Assembly: GCA_021814445.1 (NCBI GenBank)
Contig: JAKAIF010000001.1
Span: forward strand, 6,070 to 62,440
Source of the DNA: a bacterium
Lineage (GTDB): Bacteria; Patescibacteriota; Minisyncoccia; UBA6257; JAGOQP01
DNA length: 56,371 nucleotides
Reading direction: 5' to 3'
Each line of letters opens with the position of its first letter. The first letter of the stretch is position 1. The position numbers were made by a program, and so were the translations under genes. The notes beneath the pieces are model-generated. The model made no database searches. It worked only from the letters and a program-made list of their open reading frames with translations, and was not told the origin of the DNA. Below are positions 18,153 to 27,413 of this stretch, in pieces.

Positions 18153-19373
18153 ATGGGTGGATTCTTAACTATTGCATTTGCGAGTTTTTATCAGACGCTC
18201 TCTACGGTTGCGTGGTTTATTGTTCCCATATTTTTTATTGCGCTTTTTTGGAAGGTGCGTTTGTTTTATATACGCAGTGAATTTTTAAAGAACGTAAAAT
18301 GGGAGATGCTTGAAGTTCGTTTTCCTGCGGATAATGTGCGCACTCCAAAATCTATGGAGCACGTCTTTACCACGCTCTATGGTATCTACTCATTTGGTAT
18401 TAAATCATTTGATAAATATTTAGATGGAAAGGTAGAACTGTGGATTTCTTTTGAAATCGTGGGACGCGCCGATGGTATTCATTTTTTCATTCGTCTTCCG
18501 ACTGCGCGACGTAATATGGTTGAGGCGGCTTTGTATGCGCAGTATCCAGAAGCTGAAATTACCCAAGGACATGATTACACCGCTGAGATGCCGTCTTTGC
18601 TTCCTAATGACGCGTACGATATTTTTGGTGCGGCCTTTGAATTAGCAAAAGAAAGCCCGTACCCTATTCGGACCTATGATTTTTTTGAAGAACGAAACGA
18701 TTTAAAAAATGAAAAAGGTATTGATCCGCTTTCTCCGCTCCTTGAAATTATGTCTAAGTTGAAAGGAGAAGAACAAATTTGGATTCAACTTTTGGTGAGT
18801 CCTGCGGGAAAACCAACGGGAGTTGATATTGTGAAAGATGCCGAGAAAGAAGTGAAGGATCTTTTGGAAAAGAAAGGAGTAAAAGCGAATGAGGCGGGTA
18901 TTTTAAATATGTCGGGCGTTTCTACAAATACGAAAGATGTTATCAAGGCCATTGAAAATAAGGTTTCAAAACATGTGTTTGAGATGACGATGCGGTTTAT
19001 TTATATTGATAAAAAAGATACTTTTGACGGTCAAAACTGGACAACCGTTATGGCGGCCTTTCAACAATTTAATACGCAGACCATGAATGCATTAAAGCCA
19101 ACCGCCATGCCATTCTACGCTGGAATTCCAGGAAAGATTTTCCCCTGGTATAAAAAATCAGTGGTGCTTTCTAAGAAGCGTATGATTTATGATTCATATG
19201 TGGCTCGTTATTTTGGCGTGTCTAATCGTATGGCTGATGAAAAAATGCCTGTATTAAATACTGAAGAGCTTGCCACCTTATTTCATGCACCTGCGAATGT
19301 GACGCGAGCCCCGCGTTTGCAAAAAATTGATTCACGCAGAGGTAGTCCTCCGCCCAATTTACCACTGGAATAG
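18153..19373 (+). CDS. hypothetical membrane-anchored protein (partner of the downstream ATPase)
   Basis: 406 aa with one N-terminal TM (VAWFIVPIFFIALFW). No motif recognised. 53 nt upstream of the P-loop ATPase. Confidence 0.55.
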   Translation: MGGFLTIAFASFYQTLSTVAWFIVPIFFIALFWKVRLFYIRSEFLKNVKWEMLEVRFPADNVRTPKSMEHVFTTLYGIYSFGIKSFDKYLDGKVELWISFEIVGRADGIHFFIRLPTARRNMVEAALYAQYPEAEITQGHDYTAEMPSLLPNDAYDIFGAAFELAKESPYPIRTYDFFEERNDLKNEKGIDPLSPLLEIMSKLKGEEQIWIQLLVSPAGKPTGVDIVKDAEKEVKDLLEKKGVKANEAGILNMSGVSTNTKDVIKAIENKVSKHVFEMTMRFIYIDKKDTFDGQNWTTVMAAFQQFNTQTMNALKPTAMPFYAGIPGKIFPWYKKSVVLSKKRMIYDSYVARYFGVSNRMADEKMPVLNTEELATLFHAPANVTRAPRLQKIDSRRGSPPPNLPLE

Positions 19374-19426
19374 TCGTGTCGCGCGCATGAACGTGCTACT
19401 ATATATTTTTGAAGTAGAAATTTATT

Positions 19427-20947
19427 ATGGCAGACAATGTATTGTATTTAGGAAAAACAAATTTTCGTAATCAAGAACGTACGTTTGGTATTAAACTCGC
19501 CGACCGTCGTCAGCATACGTATATTATTGGTAAGTCAGGAACGGGGAAAAGTACCTTACTTTTGAACATGGTGATTTCCGATGTGAAGGCAGGACATGGG
19601 GTGTGCTTTGTGGATCCGCATGGAGAAACCGCAGAAGAAATTTTACACTTTATTCCTGAGGAGCGTGTGGATGATGTTATTTATATTAACCCCGCAGATA
19701 TTAATTTTCCTGTTGCCTTTAATCCGTTAGAGCGGGTTGATTTTGATATGCGTCATTTGGTTGCTTCGGGACTCATGTCGGTATTTAAGAAAATCTGGCC
19801 TGATGCGTGGTCTGCACGTATGGAATATATTTTAAATAACACCCTGTTGGCGCTTTTGGAATACCCTGGCTCAACGTTGTTGGGGGTTATGAAGATGTAT
19901 TCTGATAAAGAATTTCGTCGTAAGATTGTGAATGACCTGCAAGACCCGAGCGTGCGATCGTTTTGGGTTGATGAGTTTGCGAAATATACACAGAAATTGG
20001 AAACTGAGGGAGTCGCGGCTATTCAAAATAAAATTGGACAATTTGTTACCAATCCGCTTATTCGCAGTATTATTGGACAAGTAAAATCTTCTTTTGATTT
20101 TCGCCAAGCGATGGATGATGGCAAAATTATTATTGTAAATTTGTCTAAGGGAAAGATTGGAGAAGACAACTCTAACTTATTGGGAGCGATGCTTATTACA
20201 AAATTACAGTTAGCCGCCATGTCTCGGGTGGATATTCCCATGTCGCAACGTAAAGATTTCTTTTTGTATGTGGATGAGTTCCAAAACTTTGCAACTGAAT
20301 CATTTGCCACTATTTTATCTGAGGCGCGGAAGTATCGTCTTTCGCTTATTGTGGCGCACCAATATATTGCGCAATTGGAACAAGAAAAAAACACGAAAGT
20401 TCGCGATGCTATTTTTGGTAACGTGGGAACTATGATTGCGTTTCGTGTGGGAGCTGATGATGCTGAGTTTTTGGAAAAAGAATTTTTTGAAGAATTTTTG
20501 GCGAGCGATTTTGTGAACCTGCCGAATGCCCATATTTACGCACGTATTATGGTGGATGGTGTTTCCTCTCGTCCTTTTTCTGCAAAGACGCTTCCGCCGC
20601 CGCCCTTGCCTGTGCCATCTCTTTTTGATACCATCCTCCAGTCTTCACGGTCTAAGTATTCTATTGCGCGAGAGATTGTTGATGAGAAGATTCGCGCTGA
20701 CTATTATGGCGCTGAGGGAGATAAGGCGCATGATATGGTTGCTCGTCGCGACGAACGTTCCTTGCACGAAGTGCTTAAAAAGGAATTACCCGCTACAATG
20801 CAGAGAAAACACGAACATGAGCACACCCCCTCTACTCAAAAAGAAAGAAAGCCTATTGAAGAACGCATGAACGTGGATGCATTGAAAGATATTATTCGAA
20901 CCTCGTTGCGTCAAAAACCAAATGAAGAAGGGGAGAAAAAAGAATAA
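19427..20947 (+). CDS. TraD/VirD4/HerA-like P-loop ATPase (type IV coupling-protein-like)
   Basis: 506 aa. Walker A IIGKSGTGKSTLLLNM, VCFVDPHGE, Walker B FFLYVDEFQNFAT, LSLIVAHQYIAQL. This architecture resembles FtsK/HerA-superfamily coupling ATPases but lacks a TM segment. Confidence 0.7.
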   Translation: MADNVLYLGKTNFRNQERTFGIKLADRRQHTYIIGKSGTGKSTLLLNMVISDVKAGHGVCFVDPHGETAEEILHFIPEERVDDVIYINPADINFPVAFNPLERVDFDMRHLVASGLMSVFKKIWPDAWSARMEYILNNTLLALLEYPGSTLLGVMKMYSDKEFRRKIVNDLQDPSVRSFWVDEFAKYTQKLETEGVAAIQNKIGQFVTNPLIRSIIGQVKSSFDFRQAMDDGKIIIVNLSKGKIGEDNSNLLGAMLITKLQLAAMSRVDIPMSQRKDFFLYVDEFQNFATESFATILSEARKYRLSLIVAHQYIAQLEQEKNTKVRDAIFGNVGTMIAFRVGADDAEFLEKEFFEEFLASDFVNLPNAHIYARIMVDGVSSRPFSAKTLPPPPLPVPSLFDTILQSSRSKYSIAREIVDEKIRADYYGAEGDKAHDMVARRDERSLHEVLKKELPATMQRKHEHEHTPSTQKERKPIEERMNVDALKDIIRTSLRQKPNEEGEKKE

Positions 20948-20988
20948 CGCATGGTATATAAAAATTAGTAATTAGAAAATTTTTAGAT

Positions 20989-21555
20989 ATGTTGGCATAT
21001 AATGAAGTAAGAAAAGGACATGTGATTGTCTATGAGGGATCGGCGTATGAAATTTTATCCGCGGATTTTTTGCGCATGCAACAACGCAAGCCAGTTATGA
21101 AGGTAAAAATGCGTGAGTTGGCGAGTGGAAAAGTAAAAGAAACCTCGTTTCAATCTAGTGATGAATTTGAAGAGGCTGAATTAGATCGTATTCCGTCTAC
21201 TTTTTTGTATAAAGGAAAGGGAGAATTTTGGTTTTGTGAAAAAGGAAATCCCAAAAATAGATTTATGCTTCCTGAGACTGACCTTGGTTTATCGGCTCAG
21301 TTTTTGAAACCGAATAGCGAAGTGACCACGGTGAAATTTGGAGAAAAAATTATTGGGGTACAGCTTCCTATTAAAATGGAATTTTTGGTGACTGAAGCTC
21401 CCCCCGCTATAAAGGGAAATACTGCGCAGGGAGGAAATAAACAAGTAGTATTGGAAACAGGAGCGATGGTGAACACCCCCATGTTTGTGAATGAAGGAGA
21501 TGTGATACGCGTGAATACGGAAACAGGAGAATATGTAGAACGGGTGCAGAAGTAG
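20989..21555 (+). CDS. efp: elongation factor P
   Basis: 188 aa. Colinear with EF-P throughout (KGHVIVYEGSAYEIL..., GNTAQGGNKQVVLETGAMVNTPMFVNEGDVIRVNTETGEYVERV). Confidence 0.95.
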   Translation: MLAYNEVRKGHVIVYEGSAYEILSADFLRMQQRKPVMKVKMRELASGKVKETSFQSSDEFEEAELDRIPSTFLYKGKGEFWFCEKGNPKNRFMLPETDLGLSAQFLKPNSEVTTVKFGEKIIGVQLPIKMEFLVTEAPPAIKGNTAQGGNKQVVLETGAMVNTPMFVNEGDVIRVNTETGEYVERVQK

Positions 21556-21560
21556 TAATT

Positions 21561-21593
21561 AGCTCGCCTCGCTGGACGCGAGTCGAAGCGGGT
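21561..21593. repeat. family 3 repeat (agctcgcctcgct...cgaagcggg), copy A
   Basis: Related copies at 36826..36856 (same orientation) and 36005..36035 (inverted). All three lie just after stop codons. Confidence 0.7.
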
Positions 21594-21668
21594 GACTAGG
21601 GGCTAGGGGCTAGGGGATAGTTTAGAGAGAATATAAAAACAGCATCAGAAATGAGCTGTTTTTATATA

Positions 21669-21698
21669 TTGACTTTATGGTATTTCGTGTGTTATAAT
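21669..21698 (+). promoter_or_regulatory. sigma-70-like promoter
   Basis: TTGACT, 18 nt, (TGt)TATAAT. Preceded by the stem-loop aaaaacagc...gctgttttt (21635-21663). Confidence 0.55.
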
Positions 21699-21819
21699 AT
21701 AGTCAGCAAACTACAAGTAAATACTTGAGAATGCAGTGGTTTCTGAGCAAGCGCTTAGATACATCGTATTGATGGCCACAACTCCATGCCCATGAAACGG
21801 CTGAAAAAAGGAGAATAAG

Positions 21820-22404
21820 ATGGAAGAGTTAAAAGAAAAAGCGACAAAATTAAGAGAGGTTATTTTTAACCATCTTTCAGAAATACCATTTTCTGAGTAT
21901 GAGCGGTATGAGAAGTATGTAATTAATGAAGTGCAGTTAAATTTTTATCGTAAAATAGCTGATGCAAAAAATGGGAATCTTTTAGATGACTATTGTGTGG
22001 TACAGTATGTTATTGATCTTACCCTTCAGATTATTGCAACACGATTACACGCTATTTTCCATAGAGACCAAGTTTTTCTAAGAGAAAAATTCTCTGAATC
22101 GTTCGGGAAAAAAGCAAAATTAGGGAATTCTTCTAGAGAATACCTTGTTCATTATCTCATTGGGAAAAGAAATGAATTAAGCTCTGAAGTGGAGTCGTTA
22201 AAGCAAAAATTTAATGAGATTATTTCCCTTGCAGGGGAAATAGGGTTTCAAGTTTTTGATGAAGAAGAGTTTCGGTATGACTGGTATTATTCTCTAGCAC
22301 TTTCTCTTCCAGAGACTTACAGCTTTTTTCAGAGAGAGGGCATTCCAAGTTTATTTTTGTCATCATTCGCTGTTAATGATAATGATGGTGGTGATGGCGA
22401 TTAA
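21820..22404 (+). CDS. hypothetical protein
   Basis: 194-aa ORF with a strong SD (aaggag) 8 nt upstream. Acidic C-terminus NDNDGGDGD. No motif recognised. Confidence 0.5.
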   Translation: MEELKEKATKLREVIFNHLSEIPFSEYERYEKYVINEVQLNFYRKIADAKNGNLLDDYCVVQYVIDLTLQIIATRLHAIFHRDQVFLREKFSESFGKKAKLGNSSREYLVHYLIGKRNELSSEVESLKQKFNEIISLAGEIGFQVFDEEEFRYDWYYSLALSLPETYSFFQREGIPSLFLSSFAVNDNDGGDGD

Positions 22405-22478
22405 ATTAAGTTGTGTCTGAATTGGGCCGTCCATGTGGGCGGCTTTTTTTCATGTAAAAATTCTGGTATGGTCAGTAT

Positions 22479-23780
22479 ATGGATTCTCATATTTTAAAAA
22501 CCGCAAAACATATTCACTTCATTGGTATTGGGGGGATTGGGGTGTCTGCAATTGCGCGGAAGTTTTTATTAGAAAAGAAAGAAATTACTGGATCAGATGC
22601 GGTTATTTCGCCACTAGTGAAAGATTTAGAGAAATTGGGGGCGCGAGTATGGCAAGGACATTCCGCGTCTCATATATCCAAACAGGTTGAGGCGGTGGTT
22701 TATACTAAGGCGGTAGAAGATAGCAATCCAGAATTAGTGCGGGCGCGCGCATTGGGAATTCCCACGGTGACCTATTCGCAGGCGCTGGGAATTATTTCGG
22801 CAGATATGTATACCATTGCGGTTGCGGGATCTCATGGAAAGACAACTACTACAGGAATGATTGCGTGGGGACTTCTTCAGGCAAAGAAAGATCCTACGGT
22901 TATCGTGGGGAGTCTATTGAAGGACATTCCTACTAATTTTATTGCGGGGAAGAGCGCTTATTTTGTAGTTGAAGCGTGTGAATATGGAAGATCATTTTTG
23001 GATTTAAATCCTCGTATTGCGGTAATTACTAATATAGATAATGATCATTTAGATTATTACAAAACAAAAGCAAATCTTATTAAGGCATTTATCGCATTCG
23101 CGCAGAAGGTTCCTCACGATGGTTATTTAATTACAAATCTTAAAGACCCCGATTGTGCTCGTGTGGCAGGGGCCGTGTCGTGTCACGTGATTGATTATAG
23201 TTCTATTATTGCGCCACAGGATGCAAAACTTATTGGTGAGCACAATAAGATGAATATGCGTGTCGCGTTTTCGGTTCTCAAAACAATTCATGTCCCCAAA
23301 GGAACTATTTATAAAGCACTATCTTCTTTTTCTGGAACTGCGCGCCGGTTAGAATACAAAGGAGTCACCAGAAAAGGGATGATGGTGTATGAGGATTATG
23401 CGCATCATCCAACGGAGATTGCGGCGACGTTACGCGCTGTTCATGAGCATTTTATTGATAAAAAAATTGTATGTGTATTTCAACCGCATTTATATTCTCG
23501 CACGAAGCTTTTGTTTAAAGATTTTGTAAAGCAATTAGTATCTCCCGATATAGTGTATATACTTCCTATTTATGCGGCGCGGGAGAAAAAAGATCCAGCA
23601 ATTTCATCTCAAAAATTAGTGAAAGCACTTTCGGTGAAACGAAAAGGAAAAGAAACAATATATGTTCCGTCATATGAGAAAGCGATTTCTCTAGTACGTC
23701 GTTATAATGATACGCGGACGCTTTTATTGACCATGGGAGCGGGGGAGGCGTATAAAATTGGTGATGAATTATTAAAATGA
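22479..23780 (+). CDS. murC: UDP-N-acetylmuramate--L-alanine ligase
   Basis: IHFIGIGGIGVSAIA N-terminal Rossmann motif, AVAGSHGKTTTTGMIA P-loop, DYAHHPTEI. Ends in TGA. Confidence 0.9.
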   Translation: MDSHILKTAKHIHFIGIGGIGVSAIARKFLLEKKEITGSDAVISPLVKDLEKLGARVWQGHSASHISKQVEAVVYTKAVEDSNPELVRARALGIPTVTYSQALGIISADMYTIAVAGSHGKTTTTGMIAWGLLQAKKDPTVIVGSLLKDIPTNFIAGKSAYFVVEACEYGRSFLDLNPRIAVITNIDNDHLDYYKTKANLIKAFIAFAQKVPHDGYLITNLKDPDCARVAGAVSCHVIDYSSIIAPQDAKLIGEHNKMNMRVAFSVLKTIHVPKGTIYKALSSFSGTARRLEYKGVTRKGMMVYEDYAHHPTEIAATLRAVHEHFIDKKIVCVFQPHLYSRTKLLFKDFVKQLVSPDIVYILPIYAAREKKDPAISSQKLVKALSVKRKGKETIYVPSYEKAISLVRRYNDTRTLLLTMGAGEAYKIGDELLK

Positions 23781-23794
23781 TTTTTTGTTTTTCT

Positions 23795-23828
23795 TCCATT
23801 CGCCAATTCGCGCGAATTGGCGAATGGA
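23795..23828. repeat. family 2 palindrome (ccattcgccaattcgcgcgaattggcgaatgg), copy 1
   Basis: Perfect palindrome just after the murC stop. The same sequence recurs at 39285..39316 and 39653..39682. Confidence 0.9.
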
Positions 23829-23853
23829 GTGACTTTATTTTTTAGTTATTCGT

Positions 23854-24966
23854 ATGTTTTTATTAAAGCGGAGAAAACTTAAAATTTGTGTGGCGTTATC
23901 GGGCGGAGTAGATTCGTCGGTTGCGGCGTATCTGCTTAAAAAACAAGGGCACGATGTGTTTGGTATTTTTGTGCGCGGATATAATGTAGATGGATGCCAA
24001 GATAGAGAGGCGCATGATGCGCGACGTGTGGCTGATACGTTGGGTATACCGTTTTATGTATTAGATTTTGAGCAAGAATATTATGATCGGGTGGTGCGCT
24101 ATTTGTTAGATGGGTATGCGCAGGGAATTACGCCCAATCCTGATGTGGTGTGTAATTCAGAAATAAAATTTGGACTTTTATATGATGCGGCGATGAAATT
24201 GGGAGCTGACGTGGTGGCGAGTGGACACTACTCTCGCATAGCGAGAGAATTTCTAATTTCTAATTTCCAATTTCCAATTAAATTCAAATATGGATTGCGA
24301 GCGGGAAAGGATGATAATAAAGATCAGTCATATTTTTTGTGGCAGATTCCTCGTGAGCGATTTTCTAAAATATTATTTCCTATCGGGGGTCTTAAAAAAC
24401 CTCGTGTACGCGCGCTTGCAAAAAAAGCTGGTTTATTTACGGCGATTAAAAAAGATTCGCAGGGTGTTTGTTTTCTAGGGAAATTTTCTTTTGTTGATTT
24501 TCTTAAAAAACACATTCCCTATGGTCCTGGAGAGGTGCTTGATGTTACTGGTAAAAAGGTGGGTACGCATGATGGTGTTTTGTTGTATACCCTGGGTCAA
24601 CGACATGGATTCATAAATACTGCAGGGCATGAACTATTCGTGGTAAAACGCGACATTATTTCAAACACACTTATCGTTGCTCCTGAGGGAGATTCATCTC
24701 TCTCAACTACTGTATTTTATGCGCGACAAACGAATTTTCTTGATTCTCGTTTTGAAACTGCGCTACGAGAGGGAAAAGAAGTGACCGTTCTTGCTCGGGT
24801 GAGATATCGCCAGCCATTATTTCAAGCACGTGTATTTTTTAAAGATGGTGTGTTAACTATTCATCCCTCACGTACGTATAAGCTATTTCCTACAGCCGGT
24901 CAGTCGGTGGTGTTTTATAACAGAAAGGGGGTTGTTCTGGGGGGAGGGGTGATTGTGGAGAAATAA
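23854..24966 (+). CDS. mnmA: tRNA-specific 2-thiouridylase MnmA
   Basis: VALSGGVDSSVAAYLL PP-loop, NPDVVCNSEIKF, KDQSYFL, KKDSQGVCFLG. Confidence 0.9.
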   Translation: MFLLKRRKLKICVALSGGVDSSVAAYLLKKQGHDVFGIFVRGYNVDGCQDREAHDARRVADTLGIPFYVLDFEQEYYDRVVRYLLDGYAQGITPNPDVVCNSEIKFGLLYDAAMKLGADVVASGHYSRIAREFLISNFQFPIKFKYGLRAGKDDNKDQSYFLWQIPRERFSKILFPIGGLKKPRVRALAKKAGLFTAIKKDSQGVCFLGKFSFVDFLKKHIPYGPGEVLDVTGKKVGTHDGVLLYTLGQRHGFINTAGHELFVVKRDIISNTLIVAPEGDSSLSTTVFYARQTNFLDSRFETALREGKEVTVLARVRYRQPLFQARVFFKDGVLTIHPSRTYKLFPTAGQSVVFYNRKGVVLGGGVIVEK

Positions 24967-25019
24967 TATAAAAGACTCTTTTGTTTTGAGTTTTTTGTTT
25001 TACGTTGTATCTTGTGTGT

Positions 25020-26099
25020 ATGCGTATCTTGGCTATTGAAACGAGTTGTGATGAGACCTCTTTTGCAGTTGTTTCTATTGAGGAACACGCTGGATTTCCT
25101 GTGGTTATGGTTGAAAAAAACATCGTGGCATCACAAATAGCGCTTCATGCTCCCTTTGGGGGTGTGGTTCCTATGCTTGCAAAACGAGAGCATATTAAAA
25201 ATCTTCCTATTTTATGGAAGGAGATGCAGAAAATACCAGAAGTACGAGATAAAAAAATAGATCTTTTGGCGGTGACGGTTGGGCCTGGGCTTGAGCCGGC
25301 ATTATGGACGGGAATACAATTTGCGCAAGAGATCCATAAAGATTTTTTTGAAGAAAAAATTCATTTGGTGGGGGTAAATCACTTAGAGGGACACCTCTAC
25401 AGTTTCTTGCTAACTGAAAACAAAAAACCAAAAACTGAAAATATGTTTCCGATGATTTCTTTGGTGGTAAGCGGAGGACATACAATCTTGGGTGTTTTGG
25501 AATCACTTACGAAATATACAAAATTGGGAGAAACACTTGATGATGCGGTGGGAGAGTCGTTTGATAAAGTGGCACGGCTTCTTGATTTGCCGTATCCTGG
25601 GGGTCCTCTTATTGAGCAACTTGCGAAGGAGGGAAACGCTCAGGCAATTGCGCTGCCACACCCCATGATACATCAGAAGAATTATAATTTTAGTTATGCA
25701 GGATTGAAGACAGCAGTACTCTATTATCTAAAATCACAAGGCGTGATATCTCAAAATTTTTCTCCGCGCGCGGTTGCGAAAAAAGCGAAAATATCAGAAC
25801 AATTACAGAAAGATCTTTCCGCGTCGTTTCAAGATGCGGCATTTGCTCCGATTGTTGCAAAAACTTCTCGTGTGGTTCAAGAGTATGGTGCTCGGAGTGT
25901 GTGTGTTGGGGGAGGGGTGGCGGCTAATAAAAAACTTCCCGAGTTACTCAAAGAGAAGCTTGGAGATGTTTCAGTCGTTGTTCCTCCATTCGCATATTGT
26001 CAGGATAATGCGGCAATGATTGCGGTGGCGGGATATATGCGATACATCTCAAAGAAGAAGCCGTATCCTATTAAAGCCGATGGAACGATGAGTATATAA
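25020..26099 (+). CDS. tsaD: tRNA N6-adenosine threonylcarbamoyltransferase TsaD (Kae1/Gcp family)
   Basis: MRILAIETSCDETS, NHLEGHL, VSGGHT, GGGVAAN. The track ORF begins at TTG 25005; ATG 25020 is preferred. Confidence 0.9.
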   Translation: MRILAIETSCDETSFAVVSIEEHAGFPVVMVEKNIVASQIALHAPFGGVVPMLAKREHIKNLPILWKEMQKIPEVRDKKIDLLAVTVGPGLEPALWTGIQFAQEIHKDFFEEKIHLVGVNHLEGHLYSFLLTENKKPKTENMFPMISLVVSGGHTILGVLESLTKYTKLGETLDDAVGESFDKVARLLDLPYPGGPLIEQLAKEGNAQAIALPHPMIHQKNYNFSYAGLKTAVLYYLKSQGVISQNFSPRAVAKKAKISEQLQKDLSASFQDAAFAPIVAKTSRVVQEYGARSVCVGGGVAANKKLPELLKEKLGDVSVVVPPFAYCQDNAAMIAVAGYMRYISKKKPYPIKADGTMSI

Positions 26100-26237
26100 C
26101 GTTAATTTCTATTAATTCAAAATTAAAAGGTCAAATGTCAAAAATTAAAGTCAAAAGTCGATAAGTTTAAGAATTCTATTTTTGAGTTTTTAATTTCAAT
26201 TTTGCCTTTTGGATTTTGATTTTTAACTTTTTGTATC

Positions 26238-27317
26238 ATGTCTCTACTTAAAACACTCACCCGAAATATTGATTGGAAATTATGGGCCGCTCTCGGTCTT
26301 CTTCTGGGATCTGGGCTTCTTTCTCTGATGAGTTCTCGTCCCGAGCTTTTTTATAAACAGGTGTTGTGGATTGTGATTGGATGCGCGTTTGTGGTTTTGT
26401 TTACTTTTTTGGATTTTCGTTCGTTCTTTAGTCACAGTAGTGTCAGTAATATTTTTTATACGTTAACTCTCGGTCTTTTGCTTATTACGTTTTTCTTTGC
26501 GCCCAGTATCAATGGAAATCGCGCGTGGTTGCTCGTGGGTCCATTTCAGTTTCAACCATCAGAGCTTGCGAAATTGGCGCTTATCTGTGTGCTTGCGGTA
26601 TTTTTTGCAAAGCGACACGTGGGTATCGCGCGATGGAAAATTATTATTGGATCGTTTTTGTATGCGCTTATTCCCGCTCTTATTATTGCCGCGCAACCTG
26701 ACATGGGATCGGCTCTTATGGTGTTGGGTATTTGGCTCGGCTTCCTCTTTATCTCTGGGATTCCTCTAAAAAGACTTGCAGTTGCGGGAATATTTTTTCT
26801 CCTTGCTTTTATTATTTTGTGGACGTCCGTTTTTAAGGAGTATCAGAAGGATCGTATTATTGGATTATTTTCTCCTCAACAAGATCCCTTGGGAGCAAAT
26901 TATAATGTGATTCAATCAAAAATTGCGCTTGGTTCCGGTGGTCTTTTTGGACAAGGGTTTCGGCAGGGGACACAAACGCAGTTGGGATTTTTGCCTGAAG
27001 CCCAAACTGATTTTATTTTTGCCGCGATTACTGAAGAAGGGGGGCTTGTGGGAGCGGGTGTGGTGCTTGTGGCGTTTGTGTGGCTTATGACGCGGTTGTT
27101 GCGTATGGGAATGTTGGTTGAAGGAAATGTTGCAAAACTGCTTACCTTAGGAACGGCTGTATTATTCTTCATACAATTTGTTTGCAATGTTGGCTCGGTT
27201 ATTGGTATCATCCCTGTTATTGGAGTTACGTTTCCGTTCGTGAGTTATGGAGGATCTAGTATGCTTGTGAATCTAATACTCATTGGGTTGGTGCAGTCGT
27301 TTTATGTGAAAAAGTAA
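26238..27317 (+). CDS. FtsW/RodA/SpoVE (SEDS) family peptidoglycan polymerase
   Basis: 359 aa, polytopic. FQPSELAKL, QPDMGSAL, PEAQTDFIFAAITEEGG, PFVSYGGSS. Confidence 0.85.
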   Translation: MSLLKTLTRNIDWKLWAALGLLLGSGLLSLMSSRPELFYKQVLWIVIGCAFVVLFTFLDFRSFFSHSSVSNIFYTLTLGLLLITFFFAPSINGNRAWLLVGPFQFQPSELAKLALICVLAVFFAKRHVGIARWKIIIGSFLYALIPALIIAAQPDMGSALMVLGIWLGFLFISGIPLKRLAVAGIFFLLAFIILWTSVFKEYQKDRIIGLFSPQQDPLGANYNVIQSKIALGSGGLFGQGFRQGTQTQLGFLPEAQTDFIFAAITEEGGLVGAGVVLVAFVWLMTRLLRMGMLVEGNVAKLLTLGTAVLFFIQFVCNVGSVIGIIPVIGVTFPFVSYGGSSMLVNLILIGLVQSFYVKK

Positions 27318-27413
27318 TTAGAGAAGTAATAAGGGATTAGGGGATAGTGATTTGTATCCTCAGACTTGATATTTACTTACTACTTACTACTCACTACTAA
27401 ATACTCATTTCAT

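Noticed and set aside
22433-22690. 85-aa plus-strand ORF overlapping the murC start
   Set aside because: It is out of frame with murC, whose N-terminal Rossmann motif begins right after ATG 22479. The ORF starts within a terminator-like hairpin.
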